Below, in pieces: positions 1-8,493 of a stretch of 32,000 bases of DNA. This DNA comes from Pirellula staleyi DSM 6068 (GTDB taxonomy: Bacteria; Planctomycetota; Planctomycetia; Pirellulales; Pirellulaceae). Each line of letters starts with the position of its first letter. Position 1 is the stretch's first letter. A program made the translations under genes and the position numbers. Under the pieces are notes generated by a model, which saw only the letters and a program-made list of their open reading frames with translations, was not told the origin of the DNA and searched no databases. Location: NCBI GenBank assembly GCA_000025185.1, contig CP001848.1, forward strand, positions 5,280,001 to 5,312,000, written 5' to 3'.

Positions 1-2
1 CA

Positions 3-992
3 TCAACTTCGCCAGCCGAGCGCACCTCGGAGGAGTCTGCCGTCACTGCGGAAGTGGTCTTGCCGGACGAAGAGCCAGAGCACACGCACAAACATTTTCA
101 CTGCGACAACTGTGGCAGCGATTTAGCGGTTGAACCTTCGCAGCGCAGTCTCGTCTGTCCCTTTTGCGACAGCACCTACGTACGCGAGTTGCCCGCCTCA
201 CTCGGTCGCGAACGACCCGAGTTCGTGATTGGCTTTGCGATCACTCCCGCCCAGGCCGAAGCCAAGTTCAAACAGTGGCTCGGCGAGAACACCTGGTTTC
301 GTCCCGGTGATTTGGCGACCAAATCGATGGTCGACAAACTCCGCGGCATGTACGTCCCCTTCTGGAGTTTTTCGACGCTGGCCGAGAGCACCTGGCAAGC
401 ACAAATCGGCGAGTATTACTACCGGACTGAAACCTACACCGTGCGGGTGAATGGCAAGTCGGAGACACGCACAAAACGCGTGCGTTACACCGAGTGGTGG
501 CCCCTCGGCGGAAATCATCATCAGTACTACAGCGGCTATCTGGTCTCGGCGAGCAAGGGGCTCACGCAGGCCCAGGCCGTGCAGATACAGCCGTACCAAA
601 TGCAATCGCTCAAGCGCTACGAGCCCTACTTTTTGGCAGGCTGGATGAGCGAGGAATATTCCGTCGATCGCGCAGCGGCGCTCGCCTTCTCGCAGCAAGA
701 GTTTTACCGACGCGAAGAGCAAAATGTCGCCGCCCACTTGCCCGGCGATACGCACTCGCAGCTGTCGGTGCAAACCGAGTTTTCGCAAACCAATTCCGAC
801 CTGATTTTGCTGCCGATTTACGTCGTCAGCTACAAGTATCAAGGGCAGCTCTTTCAGTTTCTTCTGAACGGCCAGACTGGCAAAATGTCCGGAGATAAAC
901 CGGTTGCCTGGCAGCGAGTGGCGATCGTCGTGGGGGTGGTGATAGCTGCGATTTTGCTGGTTGTTTTGGTGATCACTTTCCTGGCCCGCTAA
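3..992 (+). CDS. Zinc-ribbon protein with C-terminal transmembrane anchor; probably 5'-partial, otherwise GTG start at 54
   Basis: The frame is open from position 3 to the left edge with no stop, so the gene may start outside the window. It has a CxxC...CxxC ribbon (HCDNCGSDL...LVCPFCDS). A hydrophobic C-terminal helix (VAIVVGVVIAAILLVVLVITFL) sits directly before the stop. It is clearly paralogous to the next ORF: shared blocks are YVPFWSF/YVPYWTF, LLPIYVVSYKY/LLPVWIMAYRY and FLLNGQTGK/FLVNGQSGR. Confidence 0.75.
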   Translation, partial: STSPAERTSEESAVTAEVVLPDEEPEHTHKHFHCDNCGSDLAVEPSQRSLVCPFCDSTYVRELPASLGRERPEFVIGFAITPAQAEAKFKQWLGENTWFRPGDLATKSMVDKLRGMYVPFWSFSTLAESTWQAQIGEYYYRTETYTVRVNGKSETRTKRVRYTEWWPLGGNHHQYYSGYLVSASKGLTQAQAVQIQPYQMQSLKRYEPYFLAGWMSEEYSVDRAAALAFSQQEFYRREEQNVAAHLPGDTHSQLSVQTEFSQTNSDLILLPIYVVSYKYQGQLFQFLLNGQTGKMSGDKPVAWQRVAIVVGVVIAAILLVVLVITFLAR

Positions 993-1069
993 CCTGTGCG
1001 CGATGACGCGCGGAACTCCTCGCTCAACAACTTCGGCTCGATGTTTTTTTCAGAACGATTCACCTTCCT

Positions 1070-2062
1070 ATGTCGCAACTCGTCACTAAATGCCAGGTGT
1101 GCAAGTCGCTAGTCGACGAGGAAGATCTGTTCTGTCCCGGCTGCGGATGCGAAATCCCCCCGCACCATGCGACCACCGACACCGAGCGAAGCATGCGCGA
1201 CCAAGGGACGATCGTCGCGCGGCATCATTTCGAGTGCACTGGCTGCGGTGCCTCGATGAGCTACGACCCCTCTGCGCAAACGCTCCGCTGTCCTTTTTGT
1301 GGGAACGAAAAACTCGATCGCGGAAAAGATCAGCGTGTTCTGAAGCCGAGCGGTGTGATTGCTTTCACCATCACGAAAGACCAGGCGCTCGCGCAGCTCA
1401 GCGTGTTTTTTAAGCGTGGATTCTGGCGTCCTGACGATCTGGCGCAGCAAGCCAAAATCACGCAGCTCACGGCTGTTTATGTGCCGTACTGGACGTTCAG
1501 CGCGCGAACCTACACCAATTGGACAGCCGACTCGTCGGCCACGCCGTCGCATGCGCGGGGCAATTGGCTCCCCATGAGCGGCGAGCATCGGGGTAGCTAT
1601 CGCGGCATTCTCGTCGGCGCTAGTGGCGTTCTGACGCCAGCCGAGACTGCAGCGATCTGCCCCTACGATCTTTCGAAGCTGGTCGACGAGTCGGCTGTCG
1701 ATCTCGAGAATGCGGTCTACGAACCATTTCAAGTGCAGCGAAAGTATGCTCGTCCCTTGGCCCAGCAAGCGATCGACAATCTCGAAGCGCAAGCGTGCCG
1801 CGCTTATGTCCCTGGCGAATGTCGCAACATGAAGGTGAATGTGCGACTCGAAGGTCTCGCTGGCGAGCCGATTTTGTTGCCGGTCTGGATCATGGCCTAT
1901 CGCTATGGGGACGAAGTACATCGCTTTCTCGTGAATGGTCAATCGGGGCGATGCACCGGCACGGTTCCCACCTCGAAAACCAAAGTCGCGGTTGCGTTTG
2001 GCATTGCCCTGCTGGTGGTGCTGGCGATTGTGGTGATTCTATTTTTTCTTTCACGCATGTAG
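1070..2062 (+). CDS. Double zinc-ribbon protein with C-terminal transmembrane anchor (paralog of 3..992)
   Basis: 330 aa ORF with an ATG start. It has two Cys4 ribbons (CQVCKS...CPGCGC and CTGCGA...CPFCGN) and a C-terminal helix (VAVAFGIALLVVLAIVVILFFL). It is collinear with the upstream ORF over the whole post-ribbon region. Confidence 0.8.
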   Translation: MSQLVTKCQVCKSLVDEEDLFCPGCGCEIPPHHATTDTERSMRDQGTIVARHHFECTGCGASMSYDPSAQTLRCPFCGNEKLDRGKDQRVLKPSGVIAFTITKDQALAQLSVFFKRGFWRPDDLAQQAKITQLTAVYVPYWTFSARTYTNWTADSSATPSHARGNWLPMSGEHRGSYRGILVGASGVLTPAETAAICPYDLSKLVDESAVDLENAVYEPFQVQRKYARPLAQQAIDNLEAQACRAYVPGECRNMKVNVRLEGLAGEPILLPVWIMAYRYGDEVHRFLVNGQSGRCTGTVPTSKTKVAVAFGIALLVVLAIVVILFFLSRM

Positions 2063-2408
2063 CGCGAGTGATTCGAAGCGCCGAACACATTACTTGTCTG
2101 TGTAATAAGTTGCAGCACTTGCGAGCCCGCTGCGAATCGCAATCTCGCATAATTCGAGGGAATTTCCTGCATTTTGCAAGATTCGTGCGATCTTGTTTTC
2201 ATCTCGAAATCCAAGTGTCCACGAGGCTTACGTTTCTTAAATTCACTCCACGAATTGTTTGCGTACAATTACCGGCAAGATGCACCAATTGACCGCGAAT
2301 AACCCCTTAGGCTTTTTTTCAAACCAAGTTCGCGCCAGCAAGTGACTTGATCACTGAAGCGATGCGAGCTATCGATACCAACTGCTACGATTGAAGGAGA
2401 CAACTCTC

Positions 2409-2822
2409 ATGTCCACAGCCACTATCGGAACGAAGAACAACACCCACTCGATCGCGATCGGCTATTTGTGCTGGCTCTTGGGTGTGTTTGGAGCCCATCG
2501 TTTTTACTACGGAAAACGGATCACCGGCACGATCTGGTTTTTCACCCTCGGTGTCTTCTTCATCGGCTGGATCATCGACTTGTTCCTGATCCCTTCGATG
2601 GATGCCCAGGCCGATCGTAAGTATGTCGCTGGTCGCCTCGACTACAACATCGCCTGGCTAATGCTGACCTTCCTCGGCGTTTTCGGAGTCCACCGCTTCT
2701 ACATGGGAAAAGTGCTCACCGGGCTACTCTGGTTTTTCACCGGTGGTCTGTTCCTGATGGGGTGGCTCTACGATTTCCTGACGCTCAATGAGCAAGTGAG
2801 CGAAGTGAATCAGCGAGGCTAG
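2409..2822 (+). CDS. Tandem TM2-domain membrane protein
   Basis: Two copies of the TM2-type motif are present: GVFGAHRFYYGKRITGTIWFFTLGVFFIGWIIDLFLIP and GVFGVHRFYMGKVLTGLLWFFTGGLFLMGWLYDFLTL. I prefer the ATG at 2409 over the TTG at 2391 because AAGGAG at 2394-2399 lies 9 nt upstream of it. Confidence 0.8.
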   Translation: MSTATIGTKNNTHSIAIGYLCWLLGVFGAHRFYYGKRITGTIWFFTLGVFFIGWIIDLFLIPSMDAQADRKYVAGRLDYNIAWLMLTFLGVFGVHRFYMGKVLTGLLWFFTGGLFLMGWLYDFLTLNEQVSEVNQRG

Positions 2823-3194
2823 GCGGGGGCGGAGCGCAGCGATTCCGAAAATCGCCCCTTATCTGCTGCCAAGCGCTTTTTGCGAGTTCCCCCGGAAGTC
2901 ACTGCAGGTTCAGTTTGTGATTGCCGGGGGATTTCTCGCGGATTTCGATTCGTCGCGCTGCCGAAGGTGAGGTCGACCTAAAAATCCTGGCTCTGCGGCC
3001 CGCTAGCGGTTTTTCACGCCCCAAGGGGTGCTGCGTTCGTCTCAACCACTTGCCAAGGGGCGTAGATTGCACCATGCTGCCGGTTGACGATTCTGGCGAA
3101 AAGTTGGCTGCGGATGGAGCGAACACTCTGGCAGCTCGCGCCGAGCTGAATCGTCCGATAGCCTGCCCGAGCTCGCCTGAGAAGGAACGGATGT

Positions 3195-3521
3195 ATGCCG
3201 CTGTTCGAGGTCGAAACCGACGCCCACATCATCATCACCTGGGCTGCTGACGAAGCAGCTGCCACGGCCGTTCTGCGCGATGCCTATCCCACCGACCGCG
3301 TCATTCGCATGACCAAGCGGCCACGCGATTCGTGGGTCATCAGCAAAGGGGCCTTGGGGCTGAAGTCTGCCACTGCCGACATCTGCAGCACAGCCCGCGA
3401 TTGTCTCTCGAAAGCAGCCGGCGACAAAGTGCATGCGATTCGACTCTATATGCAGGCCACCGGCGCCGACCTCGATGTCGCCCGCAAAGTGATCGAATCC
3501 AACATGGTGATGGGCTGGTAG
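3195..3521 (+). CDS. Small hypothetical protein (108 aa); C-terminal segment resembles the ribosomal L7/L12 C-terminal helix motif
   Basis: ATG start with GAAGGA 8-14 nt upstream. Codons are G/C-ending, like the neighbouring genes. The segment KVHAIRLYMQATGADLDVARKVIES resembles the KIxVIKxVRxxTGLGLKEAKxLVE pattern of L7/L12 C-terminal domains. I see no other recognisable domain. Confidence 0.55.
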   Translation: MPLFEVETDAHIIITWAADEAAATAVLRDAYPTDRVIRMTKRPRDSWVISKGALGLKSATADICSTARDCLSKAAGDKVHAIRLYMQATGADLDVARKVIESNMVMGW

Positions 3522-4089
3522 TGGTCTTTTTCCGCACAGCCGGAGGGGGCTTAACTGCCAGCAGTGCTATCGATTCGTCGTCACGCTAGCGGTCCCTCTG
3601 ACAGCCGACTTGCGGCTTTTCGAGTCAATAAGTGCGGTTGCAGCAGCCGCTATCAAAGGTACGTCCACCACGTACTTCCAGCTTTTCTCGCCTCCGCCAT
3701 GTGCGGTTCTTGTTGCAACAGCGGTGGCCTCCTCTCGGGTCGTAGAACCTTGGCTTTCTGCTGTCGACCGAGGTCCGGTTGTACCGTCTATGCCGATCGT
3801 CCGCCTGACGACTAGTTCGCTGTAACTTTCGGGCCATACCGTCGAAAACGGTAGTAACGCCGAGGTGTATTCCTCGGTGCATTAGCAACCGACGTGGCAC
3901 GAGGCCGCGACAGTTGCCGCGATTGCATCCCTGCCATGGAACTTCCAGTCGCTGGGGCGATTGGTTGTGCAGCCGCGACAAGATTTAGACAAAGCCACTT
4001 CATCCATTGCACGGGTGCTATGGTCCCTTCGGTCGCGACGCGACCAGGTTGATGGTTATCGCCGCCGTAGGACGCAAAGGAGTGCTTCC

Positions 4090-5514
4090 ATGAAATTCAC
4101 GTTCCGCCATTGGCGTTGGTCGTTGCCGGTTTATGCCGCAGCCATCTGCCTGAGCAACACTGTACGTGCCGATGCAGAAGCACCGACCGTCGAACTGGCT
4201 CAACCGATTGGTTCGGTTTCGACGCCAGTCACCGCTTCGGTCAGCGACGAGGAGCCCACACCAGCGGCTCCTATCGCTGAGTCGTCGGAGCCCATCACAC
4301 CGGTTGCTCCCGAAGTCCAGTTGCAACCCGCACCTGTTGCAGCTGCTGAACCTGCAACGCTGACGCCAGCCAAAATCGAGGCTGAACCCGCCGCATCGCA
4401 GCCCGCTAGCCCGGTGGTGAGCGAAGCGGTAGGCAACTCGGTTTTGGCACGTCGCCAAATCGAACCCGAAACCACGCTCGAGGAAGAAGAAGGCCTCGAA
4501 GTGGTGGAAGAACGCTATCCTACCGGTCAGGTGCGCGTGCAGCGTCAAATGACGCAAGATGCTGAAGGGAACTACGTTCCTCACGGCGTTTGGCGCGAGT
4601 TCGACGTCAAGGGACGCCTGATCGTCGAAGGTCGCTACAACATGAGCGAACGCCAAGGACCTTGGCGCCGCTTCTATCGTGGCGATGAAGCCCCGATCTT
4701 CCAAACCTCGCCGTTCAAAGAATTCACCGGCCCCTTCATTTCGCAGGTTTCGTTCCACGAAGGCCAAATGAATGGCAAGTGGATCATCACCGACGCCCGC
4801 CAACGCAAGGCGAGCGAAATCGAATTCTCGGAAGGTCAACGTCACGGCAAAGCGACGTTCTACTATCCCAACGGCGTAATCATGACACAGGCCAACTACG
4901 ACCACGGTCGTGTGGATGGCGATGTGTTCAAGTGGGCTCCGAACAGCACGATCGTGGCGAAAGAAGTGTATCAAAGCGGTCGTAAGATCGCCCCCAAGCT
5001 CGAGATGTTCGACGCACAGCACAAGAAGCAGCAAATCACCTACTTGCATGCTCCGCTGGTCGTCAAATCGCCCGACGACTGGACCACTTGCTCGCTCGCT
5101 GTGTTCGAAGCACGTGGACAAGACGAACGTCACGGCCCTTTCACCATCTGGCATCCCAACGGCCAAATCGCTCGCCAAGGCGAATACCGCTTCAATCTGC
5201 CTGTCGGCAAGATCAGCTTCTGGTATGTGAATGGTCAGAAGCAGATGGAAGGTGAATACGTCGACGGCAAGCAAGAGGGTCCTTGGACCTGGTGGCACCC
5301 GAACGGAATCAAGTCGATCAGCGGCGAGTACAAAGATGGTAACCCGGTCGCTCGCTGGTCGTGGTGGAAAGATGACGGCAAACTCGCCCAGAAAGCCGAC
5401 CTGTCGTCTGGTGGCGTGCAAGCTGCCGCTCCAAGCCCCGTGATCACCGGCGAAGAACCTGCTGCTGAATCGGCCAACCTCGAACTCAACGGCCTCTCGC
5501 CCACGATTCGATAA
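4090..5514 (+). CDS. Secreted MORN-repeat-variant (YwqK-like) protein with an Ala/Pro/Glu-rich linker
   Basis: I prefer the ATG at 4090 (AAGGAG at 4077-4082, 7 nt spacer) over the upstream 3961 start. The N-terminus MKFTFRHWRWSLPVYAAAICLSNTVRADA looks like a signal peptide. Repeats of the G-x-W-x-x-(Y/W)-x-x-G type occur throughout: HGKATFYYPNGV, HGPFTIWHPNGQIARQGEY, GKISFWYVNGQKQMEGEYVDGKQEGPWTWWHPNGIKSISGEYKDG. Confidence 0.8.
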   Translation: MKFTFRHWRWSLPVYAAAICLSNTVRADAEAPTVELAQPIGSVSTPVTASVSDEEPTPAAPIAESSEPITPVAPEVQLQPAPVAAAEPATLTPAKIEAEPAASQPASPVVSEAVGNSVLARRQIEPETTLEEEEGLEVVEERYPTGQVRVQRQMTQDAEGNYVPHGVWREFDVKGRLIVEGRYNMSERQGPWRRFYRGDEAPIFQTSPFKEFTGPFISQVSFHEGQMNGKWIITDARQRKASEIEFSEGQRHGKATFYYPNGVIMTQANYDHGRVDGDVFKWAPNSTIVAKEVYQSGRKIAPKLEMFDAQHKKQQITYLHAPLVVKSPDDWTTCSLAVFEARGQDERHGPFTIWHPNGQIARQGEYRFNLPVGKISFWYVNGQKQMEGEYVDGKQEGPWTWWHPNGIKSISGEYKDGNPVARWSWWKDDGKLAQKADLSSGGVQAAAPSPVITGEEPAAESANLELNGLSPTIR

Positions 5515-5545
5515 GCTCTGCGAGTCGCGGACAACGAAAAAATAA

Positions 5546-5594
5546 AGCCGCGTGAGCTGCTCGTAACAAGCAACTCACGCGGCTGTTTTCGTTT
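5546..5594. terminator. Bidirectional intrinsic terminator between convergent genes
   Basis: A perfect 10-bp stem pairs GCCGCGTGAG (5546-5555) with CTCACGCGGC (5573-5582). On the + strand it is followed by TGTTTTCGTTT. On the - strand it is followed by TTTATTTTTT (complement of 5536-5545). It lies between the stop of the MORN gene (5514) and the stop of cheB (5651). Confidence 0.75.
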
Positions 5595-5650
5595 CTAGGC
5601 CGCGTTACACCGTGAATGCTTCGCTGTGAAGGCTCGGCAAACGCTGCGAA

Positions 5651-6829
5651 TTAGACACCTACTTTTTGCGGCGCCCAAAGTTTTTTCACCTGCGACTGAA
5701 TGACTTCAGCGGCATCGTCGAGCCCGAACTGGCGATCGACATTTCCTTCAATAAACGCGACGCGATTCATGCCATAGACGTCGCTTGTGGCTTCATCTTG
5801 ACCGAGGACATAGCCTCCGGCAGTTCGAATCGCGCGACAGCCGTCAGAGCCATCGCGTCCCATGCCAGTCATAATCACGCCGATCGCGCGACGTCCATAA
5901 ACTTCGGCCGCCGATTGCATCATCACGTCGACACTGGGGCGATGACCACTCACAGGATCGCCGTCGCAAACAAGCAGCTTACCACCTCGGACATTCTTTT
6001 GAATCTTCAAGTGATGACCACCTGGGGCCAGGTAAGCAGTGTTCGGTTGGAGCACATCGCCCGTCTCTGCTTCCTTACAGCGAATCAATCCGAGACCATT
6101 CAAGCGACTCGCCAGCGACTTGGTGAAATGCGGCGGCATATGCTGCACGATCACGATCGGCGGGAGTGGCGTGGTGAGGTTCATGAACATGCCAGCCAGT
6201 GCAGGGGGGCCACCGGTCGAAATGCCAATCGCGATCAGCTTATCGGTTAAGTAGGGTGCCGTTTGTGGCATCGCTACGGAGGTGGGTGCGAGGACCGAAA
6301 GCGGTGTACGCATCTGACGCATCCGAGCGCGGCGTGCACGAATTTCCAAGATCTTTTTCAGATCTGCACCGGCGACGTTGCGAATCTTGCGGATCAATTC
6401 ATCGCGCAGCAGTTGGTCGGCAGCTCGCTGCCCATCGGGCTTAGCGACATAGTCGATCGCACCCCGGTCGAGCGCTTCGAGTGTTACATCGGCGCCGAGC
6501 TGCGTGAGCGAGCTCACCATGATGACCGGCACACTCCGCTTGGCAAGAATCGCCGTGAGTGTTTCGAGACCATCCATTTTGGGCATCTGAATATCGAGCG
6601 TCACCACGTCGGGCATCAGCTTCTCGAAAAGCACGAGCCCTTTCTCACCATCTTCAGCCTGGCCACAAACTTCGATGCCGGGCTGGGCATTGATGGCATC
6701 GGTGATCAAGGCGCGCATCAGCGGAGAATCGTCGATCACTAGCACGCGAATGGAAGAGGTAGGCACGGTGAGTTTCCTTGGCAAAGCGTCAGCGAAATGA
6801 GGGGCTTGGGGAGGAATCGACTCGTCCAT
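5651..6829 (-). CDS. cheB: Chemotaxis response regulator protein-glutamate methylesterase CheB (receiver + methylesterase domains)
   Basis: The receiver domain reads IRVLVIDDSPLMR...DVVTLDIQMPKMDG...DYVAKP. The methylesterase catalytic motifs are GISTGGPPAL (Ser), VQHMP (His) and TGMGRDG (Asp). I chose the start at MDESIPP (6829); the ORF stays open to 6940, so the start is uncertain. Confidence 0.9.
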   Translation of the reverse strand: MDESIPPQAPHFADALPRKLTVPTSSIRVLVIDDSPLMRALITDAINAQPGIEVCGQAEDGEKGLVLFEKLMPDVVTLDIQMPKMDGLETLTAILAKRSVPVIMVSSLTQLGADVTLEALDRGAIDYVAKPDGQRAADQLLRDELIRKIRNVAGADLKKILEIRARRARMRQMRTPLSVLAPTSVAMPQTAPYLTDKLIAIGISTGGPPALAGMFMNLTTPLPPIVIVQHMPPHFTKSLASRLNGLGLIRCKEAETGDVLQPNTAYLAPGGHHLKIQKNVRGGKLLVCDGDPVSGHRPSVDVMMQSAAEVYGRRAIGVIMTGMGRDGSDGCRAIRTAGGYVLGQDEATSDVYGMNRVAFIEGNVDRQFGLDDAAEVIQSQVKKLWAPQKVGV

Positions 6830-7150
6830 CGCGCAGCAGTCGCCACGCCCTGGCAAATCGATCGCTCGGCAAGTCGCGCGGCAGTTCACGACGTTCCAAA
6901 CGAATGCTTCGCAAGCGTAGCTCGCAACCACGTGCGCCAAGTAAAATTGCCTTCGCGCGATTCCCCACCCCTACGGTATTTCGAGATGCCCCCGATCCGA
7001 TTGGCGGCAAAATCGTTACGATACAACCTGCTCCGAAGCGACCCACTGTGCGTTCTCGGGCAGTGCGGCTGCGAGGTCCGTTACCAGGCCGATTCCGTCG
7101 GCGAGCCAAGCTCCGTTTTCCCTCTCCTTTGCTGAACATTTTGCGACTTT

Positions 7151-8476
7151 ATGGCAGTAGATACCCCCGCCTCGATTGCAATCATCGGCGCTGGCCCGAT
7201 CGGCCTCGAAACGGCTCTTTACGCTCGTTTTTTGGGTTACGACGTCACCCTTTTTGAACAGGGGGAGATCTGCAGCGGCGTTCGCTCGTGGGGGCACGTG
7301 AAGATGTTCACGCCACTGGGTATGAACAGCTCGCCGCTAGGACTTGCCGCCATCGAAGCCCACGATGAGAACATCGTTTTTCCCGCTGCAGATGCGATTC
7401 TCACGGGCCAGGAGTGGTACGAAAAATATCTGCTGCCGCTATCGCAAACAGATCTGCTGGTCGACAACATCCGCATCGGCACCAAGGTTGTCGCCATCAC
7501 GAAAGAGAACTTGCTGAAGGGTGAGCTCGTTGGGGATGAAGAGCGGGGTGATTGGTCGTTTGAAGTGACCTATCTCGATCCTCAAAACGAGCTTCGCCTC
7601 CGCACCGAGCAGTTCGATGTGGTGATCGACGCCAGTGGTGTTTTGGCACAGCCGCGCGAATGTGGCCTGGGTGGGGTGCGTCCTCCTCTGCCACTTGCAG
7701 AGGAGAAATTCCTACGTACCGAAATCCCAGTCTTCAGCGACAATCACGGATCAGGAGAGCGGGCTTCGAGTCTAGAGTTCTACGGCGGTAAAACGACACT
7801 GCTCGTCGGAGGTGGGTATAGCGCAGCGACTGCAGCGGTGATGTGGAAAGAGCTCGCCGATCAGTTTCCCGGTACGAAACTGATCTGGTCTACACGCCGC
7901 GCTCGACAGACGTCTGCCGACGGCATCAGTGGCCCGATCAAGCGAATCGAAAACGATGCTTTGCCAACGCGCGATGCACTCGCGCGAGAAGCAAACAGCT
8001 TGACGATGCCCGGCAATGGATTTCGAATCGAGCATCTGAGCGAAACGATGGTCGAGCGGATTGAATCCACAGCCGACGGACGTTTGGAAGTCACACTGCG
8101 TGGTGAGAAGCCTTCGAAAATCACGGTTGATCGTATTTTAAGTCTCTGTGGCTATCGGCCCGATCTCGATCTGTTTCGCGAGCTTCAAGTCCATCTTTGC
8201 TACGCTACGGAAGGGCCGATGCGACTCGCAGCCTCGCTGATGAAGTCGGATAAGTCGCAAGGTTCTAGCGCCGACTGTTTGAAGACTTCTTCAGGAGGTC
8301 CTGAAGACTTACTCACAACAGAGCCGAACTTTTATATCCTCGGCGCGAAGAGCTATGGCCGGCGGAGCGACTTCTTGTTTCAATCCGGACTCATGCAAAT
8401 TCGCGATTTGTTTCGCATCATTGGTGATCGCGATACACTCGACCTCTACCAATCGGCCCGTCCACTTCCCAAGTAG
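7151..8476 (+). CDS. FAD/NAD(P)-binding oxidoreductase (two-dinucleotide-binding-domain flavoprotein, YpdA/TrxB-like)
   Basis: The N-terminal Rossmann fold reads IAIIGAGPIGLETALYARFLGYDVTLFE (GxGxxG). A second nucleotide motif is LLVGGGYSAATAA (GxGxxA). The C-terminal EPNFYILGAKSYG is typical of this flavoprotein class. Confidence 0.75.
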   Translation: MAVDTPASIAIIGAGPIGLETALYARFLGYDVTLFEQGEICSGVRSWGHVKMFTPLGMNSSPLGLAAIEAHDENIVFPAADAILTGQEWYEKYLLPLSQTDLLVDNIRIGTKVVAITKENLLKGELVGDEERGDWSFEVTYLDPQNELRLRTEQFDVVIDASGVLAQPRECGLGGVRPPLPLAEEKFLRTEIPVFSDNHGSGERASSLEFYGGKTTLLVGGGYSAATAAVMWKELADQFPGTKLIWSTRRARQTSADGISGPIKRIENDALPTRDALAREANSLTMPGNGFRIEHLSETMVERIESTADGRLEVTLRGEKPSKITVDRILSLCGYRPDLDLFRELQVHLCYATEGPMRLAASLMKSDKSQGSSADCLKTSSGGPEDLLTTEPNFYILGAKSYGRRSDFLFQSGLMQIRDLFRIIGDRDTLDLYQSARPLPK

Positions 8477-8493
8477 ATCGCTGGGCACGTTTG

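Noticed and set aside
2839-2855. A hairpin (GCGATT-CCGAA-AATCGC) just after the TM2 gene stop, considered as a possible terminator.
   Set aside because: The stem is only 6 bp and it is followed by CCCTTATCTGC rather than a T-tract. That is too weak to call an intrinsic terminator.
2921-3434. ORFs at 2921-3250 (+), 3014-3265 (-) and 3042-3434 (-) in and around the gap upstream of the small 108-aa gene.
   Set aside because: They overlap one another, have low-complexity translations and no motifs. The 130-aa minus-strand ORF is antisense to the better-supported 3195-3521 gene.
3961-4089. A 43-codon N-terminal extension of the MORN protein ORF (start at 3961).
   Set aside because: The extension is Arg-rich and has no ribosome-binding site. 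The internal ATG at 4090 has an AAGGAG site 7 nt upstream and opens directly into a canonical signal peptide.
4018-5421. A 467-aa ORF on the minus strand, antisense to the MORN-repeat gene. Similar long antisense ORFs occur at 198-842, 1109-1942, 9762-10331, 10473-11024, 12143-12688, 15651-16199, 15829-16422, 17806-18384 and 27777-28229.
   Set aside because: These are typical shadow ORFs of high-GC coding DNA. Their translations are Arg/Gly/Ala-rich and low in complexity, and they have no motifs. Each lies fully inside a sense-strand gene that has clear domain signatures or host-like codon usage.
6778-7257. ORFs of 112-159 aa on both strands in the cheB/flavoprotein divergent region (6778-7257, 6789-7139 and 6797-7135).
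   Set aside because: They are Arg/Ser/Pro-rich and low in complexity, they overlap one another, and they overlap the real starts of cheB and the flavoprotein gene. They are most likely non-coding promoter region.
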